Shown here: positions 58,650 through 64,000 of the stretch, one piece after another | How the letters are laid out: the number at the start of each line of letters is the position of its first letter | Position numbering within the stretch: position 1 is the first letter of the stretch | NCBI GenBank assembly: GCA_018825785.1 | Contig: JAHKAY010000020.1 | Span: 2,111 to 66,110 of the forward strand | Source: Chloroflexota bacterium | GTDB lineage: Bacteria; Chloroflexota; Dehalococcoidia; JACVQG01; JAHKAY01 | Direction of reading: 5' to 3' | Length of the DNA stretch: 64,000 nt | Notes under the pieces: generated by a model | Databases searched by the model: none | Told to the model about the DNA's origin: nothing | The model's input: only the letters and a program-made list of their open reading frames with translations | Made by a program: the position numbers and the translations under genes

Positions 58650-59291
58650 ATGGACAAGAAGTCGCTGGAAGAAGAACTCAGGAACAAGGCGGATAACGCG
58701 GAGCTGCTGGCGGAAGCCGTTGCCGGGAACACCGCTCTGCTTCCTGATGTGCTCCAGGCAGTGTCTTCTTCCGAAACGGGCGTCAGATTCAAGTCAATCA
58801 AGGTCCTGAAGCTCGTTAGCGAGGAGCATCCAGAGATACTCTATCCACACTTCGGTTTCTTTGGGCAACTCCTTGATAGCGGCAACAATATCCTCAAGTG
58901 GAACGCCATAGATATATTGGCAAACCTGGCGGCGGCTGATTCCGATAATAGGTTCGGCACCCTGTTCCAGGAATTCTACGGTCTCCTTGATGAGGGAAGT
59001 CTGATTACTGCGGCCCACGTCATAGACAGCTCAGCCAATGTGGTGAAAACCAGACCCGCTCTGGAAGACAGGATTACCAGGGAGCTCCTACGGGTGGAGG
59101 AAATACCCCTCCCCACCGATGAGTGCCGTCATATCCTCAGGGGCAAGGTAGTCTCCGCCTTCAGCCAGTATTCTGCTCATTCCGGGAGCAGGGAGCTCAT
59201 GCTCTCCTTTGCCCAAAGGCTCCTGGCCTGTCCCCGCCCGGCCACCAGAAAGAAAGCCGAACGGTTCCTCAAGAAGTTCAGAGGTAAGTAG
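58650..59291 (+). CDS. Hypothetical alpha-helical (HEAT/ARM-like) protein
   Basis: 213-aa ORF with helical-repeat character. A hairpin with a T tract follows at about 59300-59340. Confidence 0.4.
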   Translation: MDKKSLEEELRNKADNAELLAEAVAGNTALLPDVLQAVSSSETGVRFKSIKVLKLVSEEHPEILYPHFGFFGQLLDSGNNILKWNAIDILANLAAADSDNRFGTLFQEFYGLLDEGSLITAAHVIDSSANVVKTRPALEDRITRELLRVEEIPLPTDECRHILRGKVVSAFSQYSAHSGSRELMLSFAQRLLACPRPATRKKAERFLKKFRGK

Positions 59292-59299
59292 CCGCAAAC

Positions 59300-59340
59300 C
59301 AAAAGCACGGCCATAGGCTGTGCTTTCTTGATTTCTTGGT
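59300..59340 (+). terminator. Candidate intrinsic terminator
   Basis: aaagcacggcc-ata-ggctgtgcttt followed by cttgatttcttgg. Confidence 0.4.
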
Positions 59341-59454
59341 GCAGGTCTTCCGCAAACTCATGCGGCCTCAGGATTTCCACTTGCCAATTTCTCTCGTTCA
59401 CCAGCGCCCCCGCACCGCCTGAGCGACAGACACGGCAGCTGCTAGACCCAAGGC

Positions 59455-59781
59455 GTGACGGACGCGCTGTGCTATAATTGCCCGAGACTTGGAGTCAGCC
59501 AGAAGGAGCACCGGGTGACAGGCCGACGCGAGAATCGCATTCGAGCTTATGGCTATGTCATAGAGCAGATTAGAGAGGTAAACCAAGATGTGAGCCGTAG
59601 GCCGGACAGAGTCTTGGGAGACTTCAGCTACATTTCACTTGATGAGCTTGTGAGGCTTGGGGAAGGCATTGCTGACCCCTCCCGGGAACTGGTAGCCGCT
59701 TTGAAGAAGCTCCTGGGTGCTGTTGCCAGCGAGCATGAGATCAATGAGTGCCTGGTTGCTCCCTTCATGTCTGAAGCATGA
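59455..59781 (+). CDS. Hypothetical protein (start uncertain)
   Basis: 108-aa ORF of core-like GC with no motif. A GTG at about 59594 is an alternative start. Confidence 0.25.
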   Translation: MTDALCYNCPRLGVSQKEHRVTGRRENRIRAYGYVIEQIREVNQDVSRRPDRVLGDFSYISLDELVRLGEGIADPSRELVAALKKLLGAVASEHEINECLVAPFMSEA

Positions 59782-59908
59782 TTCCGGTCAACCGTGAACT
59801 CTCGTTGGCGTCCCAATCCGAGCAAGTCGGAAAACGAGTCTGCGTGAACTCGAATCCTGGCAATCCTCACTAGCGGAATTGGAGAAAGGGGCAGCAGGAC
59901 TTACTAAA

Positions 59909-62900
59909 ATGCCAAAACGAAGCGACATCAGGAAAGTCATGATAATCGGTTCTGGCCCCATTGTGATAGGACAGGCCTGCGAGTTCGACTACTCCGGGAC
60001 TCAGGCCTGCAAAGCCCTTCGCTCACTGGGCTACGAAGTCATGCTGGTGAACTCCAACCCAGCGACCATCATGACTGACCCAGGTATGGCCGACATCACC
60101 TATATTGAGCCGCTGACGGTGGAGTGCCTTACCAAGATAATCGAGAAGGAGCGCCCGGACGCAATCCTGCCGAACCTGGGCGGCCAGACAGGCCTGAACC
60201 TCAGCTCTGAGCTCGCGGAGGCAGGTGTGCTGGAAAAATACGGAGTAAGTGTTATCGGCGTTGACATTGAAGCCATACGTCGCGGCGAGGACCGGATTGC
60301 CTTCAAGAATACCATGATGATGCTTGGCCTTGACCTGCCGAGAAGCGAGGCTGTCTACAGCGTTCAGGACGCAGAGAGAGTCGCCACAGAGCTGAGGCTG
60401 CCTGTCGTGGTGCGTCCTGCCTACACGCTGGGCGGGACTGGTGGCGGCCTTGCCTACAACTTGGAGGAACTGCGCACCATCGTCAACCGAGGAATCACCA
60501 CCAGCCGCATCGGCCAGGTACTGATAGAGGAATCAGTGGAGGGCTGGGAAGAACTGGAACTCGAGGTGCTTCGGGACGCCAGGAACCAGATGATCACAGT
60601 GTGCTTCATTGAAAACGTTGACGCAATGGGCGTGCACACTGGCGACTCCTTCTGCGTTGCTCCCATGCTGACAATTGCCCCTGAGTTGCAGGGCAGGCTT
60701 CAGGACTACTCCTACCGCATCATGGAGACAATCAAGGTAATCGGCGGCTGCAACATCCAGTTCGCCCACAACCCGGAGACGGGGCGCGTTGTGGTCATCG
60801 AGATCAACCCAAGGACTTCTCGCTCTTCGGCACTCGCGTCAAAAGCCACAGGCTTCCCCATCGCCCGGATTTCGACGATGCTCGCCGCTGGCGTTACCCT
60901 TGACGAACTCCCCTACTGGCGTGCTGGCACGCTTGACAAGTACACTCCCTACGGTGACTACATTGTCGTGAAATTCGCCCGCTGGGCATTCGAGAAGTTC
61001 CGGAACGCCCAAGACAGACTGGGAACTCAGATGCGCGCTGTGGGCGAAGTTATGAGCATCGGGAAGACCTACAAGGAAGCCTTCCAAAAAGCCATTCGCT
61101 CATTGGAGAACGGACGTTACGGGCTGGGATTCGCCAAGGACTTCGACAAGAAACCGCTTGACGAACTGATGAGACTGCTGAATTACCCGACCAGCGAACG
61201 CCAGTTCATCATGTACGAAGCCCTCCGCAAGGGCGCAGATGTCCAGCAGTTGTCTGAGAAGACCTACATTAAGCCATGGTTTATCCAGCAGATGAGAGAA
61301 TTGGTCGGCCTGGAAGAGAAGATGCTCAAATACAAGGGGCAAATGCTTCCAGATGACCTGCTTACAGAGGCGAAGAAGGACGGCTTTTCAGACAAGTACC
61401 TTTCTCTGATACTCGGCATACCGGAAAGGGACATTCGCGAGAAGCGCAAGTCCCTTGGCGTGGTGGAGGGCTGGGATGCGGTCCCGGTAAGCGGGGTTGA
61501 CGACGCGGCCTACTACTACTCTACTTACAACGCACCGGACAGAGTGACATCCAGTGACCGCAAGAAGGTGATGGTGCTGGGCGCTGGCCCGAACCGCATT
61601 GGCCAGGGCATAGAGTTTGACTATTGCTGTGTACACGCCGCCTTGGCGCTCCGTGACATGGGCTACGAGACCATCATGGTCAACTGCAACCCAGAGACCG
61701 TCTCCACCGACTACGATACGTCCGACAAGCTATATTTCGAGCCCGTCACCGTTGAGGACATCCTGAGCATCTACGAGAAGGAGAAGCCGGAAGGGGTTAT
61801 AGTCCAGTTCGGCGGCCAGACACCCCTAAACATATCCCGTGACCTGGCTGAGGCCGGACTCCATATCCTCGGGACATCGCACGACGACATTGACCTGGCC
61901 AACGACCGCGGGCGATTCCGTGACATGATGAACAAGATAGGCATCCCAATGCCGGAATCCGGGATGGCCACCAAGCTCGAACAGGCACTTGAAATCGCAA
62001 AGCGCATCGGCTACCCCTTGATGGTGCGCCCGTCGTATGTGCTCGGTGGAAGGGGGATGGAGATAGTCTATGATGAGGAAATGCTCCGTGAATACGTTGT
62101 TGCAGCTGTGGGCGTTACCCCTGAGCGACCAATTCTCGTTGACAAATACCTGGAGAACGCCATTGAGACCGAGGCTGACGCACTGGCTGAGGGTGGCAAT
62201 GCCTTCGTGCCAGCGGTCATGGAACACATAGAGTTTGCCGGCGTTCACTCAGGAGATGCCGCCTGCGTCTTGCCCCCAGTCAGTCTTCCGCAGAAGCACA
62301 TAGACACGATCAACGATTACACCAAGAGGATTGCCAGGGACCTCAGAGTTGTCGGACTGATCAACATACAATTCGCCATATGCAGAGATGTCGTCTACGT
62401 CTTCGAAGCCAACCCCAGGGCGTCACGCACCGTGCCGCTCGTCTCCAAGGTGTGCAACGTGTCCATGGCACGGCTGGCTACCCAGCTCGCGGTGGGCAAG
62501 AAGCTGAAGGACCTCAACGTCGTGCATAGGAGAATCCCTCACTTCGGAGTCAAGGAGGCTGTTTTCCCATTCAACATGTTTCCCGAGGTGGACCCCATTC
62601 TAGGGCCGGAAATGAAGTCCACAGGCGAGGTGCTGGGAATCGCGGACTCATTTGGCCTAGCTTATTTCAAGGCCCAGGAGGCTGCGGGACAGTTGCCCCC
62701 TACCAAAGGGACGGTCTTGATCACGGTCTCAACAAGAGACCGACCAGCGGTGCTCGACGTTGCCAGAACATTAGCTGACCTCGGGTTCAAGATTAAGGCT
62801 ACAGTTGGCACTCGGGCCTTCCTTGCTGGCCACGGCATACCATCCGAACTCATACTGAAGGTCCACGAAGGTCGCCCCAATATCATGGATGCCATGGCCA

Positions 62901-63109
62901 ACCGGGAGATTCAACTTGTCATCAACACACCAATCGGCAAGCTCGGCCAGCATGATGACTCATACATTCGCAAGACCGCAGTCAAATACAAGATCCCATA
63001 CGTCACAACCTTGGCGGCGGCCGCCGCCGCAGCCAAAGGCATCGCCGCCTATCGCCAAGGCAAGTCAGGAGTCAGATCGCTGCAAAGCTACCACTCGGCC
63101 ATAGAGTGA
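59909..63109 (+). CDS. carB: Carbamoyl-phosphate synthase large subunit
   Basis: ATG 59909. Two ATP-grasp halves (IMTDPGMAD..., second half ...VSTDYDTSD...) and an MGS-like C-terminus. Confidence 0.9.
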   Translation: MPKRSDIRKVMIIGSGPIVIGQACEFDYSGTQACKALRSLGYEVMLVNSNPATIMTDPGMADITYIEPLTVECLTKIIEKERPDAILPNLGGQTGLNLSSELAEAGVLEKYGVSVIGVDIEAIRRGEDRIAFKNTMMMLGLDLPRSEAVYSVQDAERVATELRLPVVVRPAYTLGGTGGGLAYNLEELRTIVNRGITTSRIGQVLIEESVEGWEELELEVLRDARNQMITVCFIENVDAMGVHTGDSFCVAPMLTIAPELQGRLQDYSYRIMETIKVIGGCNIQFAHNPETGRVVVIEINPRTSRSSALASKATGFPIARISTMLAAGVTLDELPYWRAGTLDKYTPYGDYIVVKFARWAFEKFRNAQDRLGTQMRAVGEVMSIGKTYKEAFQKAIRSLENGRYGLGFAKDFDKKPLDELMRLLNYPTSERQFIMYEALRKGADVQQLSEKTYIKPWFIQQMRELVGLEEKMLKYKGQMLPDDLLTEAKKDGFSDKYLSLILGIPERDIREKRKSLGVVEGWDAVPVSGVDDAAYYYSTYNAPDRVTSSDRKKVMVLGAGPNRIGQGIEFDYCCVHAALALRDMGYETIMVNCNPETVSTDYDTSDKLYFEPVTVEDILSIYEKEKPEGVIVQFGGQTPLNISRDLAEAGLHILGTSHDDIDLANDRGRFRDMMNKIGIPMPESGMATKLEQALEIAKRIGYPLMVRPSYVLGGRGMEIVYDEEMLREYVVAAVGVTPERPILVDKYLENAIETEADALAEGGNAFVPAVMEHIEFAGVHSGDAACVLPPVSLPQKHIDTINDYTKRIARDLRVVGLINIQFAICRDVVYVFEANPRASRTVPLVSKVCNVSMARLATQLAVGKKLKDLNVVHRRIPHFGVKEAVFPFNMFPEVDPILGPEMKSTGEVLGIADSFGLAYFKAQEAAGQLPPTKGTVLITVSTRDRPAVLDVARTLADLGFKIKATVGTRAFLAGHGIPSELILKVHEGRPNIMDAMANREIQLVINTPIGKLGQHDDSYIRKTAVKYKIPYVTTLAAAAAAAKGIAAYRQGKSGVRSLQSYHSAIE

Positions 63110-63195
63110 GTGTTTGTCTGGTTGTCTGAGTCCAGCGACGTAGCGAGGGCCAAGTACTAAGAGGGGATCCTCGACCGATGGGACCACGGTTCTCC

Positions 63196-63966
63196 TCATG
63201 TTCTGACAGCTATACCCTTCTGCTTCAGGTACCTCTTGGCTTCAGATACAGATATCTCCCCGAAGTGGAAGATAGAAGCGGCCAGAACAGCTGCTGCTTT
63301 CCCAATTGCGACCGCTTCGTAGAGGTGCTCTAGCTTCCCCGCACCGCCCGAAGCTATGACTGGTATGCCTACAGCTTCGGCAACGGCCCTTGTCATCTCC
63401 AGGTCATATCCTTGCTTGGTTCCGTCAGCATCCTTGCTGGTGAGCAGAATCTCCCCTGCACCCAGCTGCTCTACTCTCTTCGCCCATTTGACAATATCTA
63501 GCCCGGTCGCCTCGGTGCCACTCTTGACCACCACCTCCAGTCTGGGACGGCCGCTGTCAGGCGGATTCTTTCTGCCGTCGATGGCAACAACGAGCCTCCC
63601 TTTTCCGAACTCTTTGGAAGCTCGTGTCACAAGCTGTGGGTTCTTCACCGCGGCGGTGTTGATGGACACCTTGCTCACACCGAGGTCAAAAAGGTCTTGC
63701 ATGTCTTCCGTGCTGCTGATTCCACCCCCCACGGCGAAGGGGATCGTGACCTTATCGGCCACCTTCCTTACCCATTCCAACCGTGTCTTCCTATTCTCCA
63801 CTGTAGCCATAATGTCCAAGAACACAAGCTCATCTGCCCCTTCTCGGCAATAGGCTTCGGCCGCCTCTACGGGGTCACGAGCATCTCTCAGGTCAACGAA
63901 ATTCACCCCCTTGACTACCCTCCCATCTTTCACATCTAGACACGGTATGATTCTGACTGCGTCCAC
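63196..63966 (-). CDS. hisF: Imidazole glycerol phosphate synthase cyclase subunit
   Basis: [19 protein letters not shown] start preferred after RBS CAGGAGG. Confidence 0.9.
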   Translation of the reverse strand: MDAVRIIPCLDVKDGRVVKGVNFVDLRDARDPVEAAEAYCREGADELVFLDIMATVENRKTRLEWVRKVADKVTIPFAVGGGISSTEDMQDLFDLGVSKVSINTAAVKNPQLVTRASKEFGKGRLVVAIDGRKNPPDSGRPRLEVVVKSGTEATGLDIVKWAKRVEQLGAGEILLTSKDADGTKQGYDLEMTRAVAEAVGIPVIASGGAGKLEHLYEAVAIGKAAAVLAASIFHFGEISVSEAKRYLKQKGIAVRT

Positions 63967-64000
63967 ACGATACCTCCTGAAATCCAATCAGCCAAATCCG

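Noticed and set aside
1-64000. CRISPR arrays, rRNA genes and prophage structural genes
   Set aside because: No regularly spaced short direct repeats, no rRNA-like conserved blocks, and no capsid, portal or terminase-like ORFs were seen.

Overview
The window looks like a Chloroflexota (Dehalococcoidia-like) chromosome segment. Supporting signs are PT-rich linkers, corrinoid salvage genes, and a core at about 63-65% GC. The left ~34.5 kb is a mosaic accessory region of lower and patchy GC. It ends at a tRNA-Val/Arg/Leu cluster with an adjacent tyrosine integrase plus an integrase remnant. Within it, from left to right, I find: (1) a 12-gene minus-strand arsenic operon (arsR, ArsP-like permease, thioredoxin, two DGC proteins, split permease, arsC, DUF169, MtrA-like cobamide-binding protein, ACR3, Usp) and a second ars operon (arsR, AbrB-fold Cys-pair protein, arsM); (2) a cluster of secreted lipoproteins with a novel internally duplicated domain and a TolB-like propeller; (3) a patch of small Zn-binding or lysine-rich proteins with repeated leader motifs, then a solitary 1113-aa gamma-class N6-adenine methyltransferase (Type IIG/PglX-like) and a ClpP/SppA-superfamily peptidase; (4) an IS3 element, a heliorhodopsin and an epimerase; (5) a C2H2 zinc-finger coiled-coil protein, a bPH membrane protein, an FtsA-like protein, a GYD protein and a Yip1 protein; (6) a winged-HTH / hypothetical / HTH-coiled-coil-Zn-ribbon operon. 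A ~180-nt bipartite repeat occurs three times across this region. The right ~29 kb is core genome: cobalamin riboswitch plus btuFCD, a family-5 peptide/nickel ABC transporter with a BNR protein, cupin, SBBP lipoprotein, collagen-like protein, cobU-cobC-cobS-cobT, rplY, carB and hisF. No CRISPR array or rRNA was seen.
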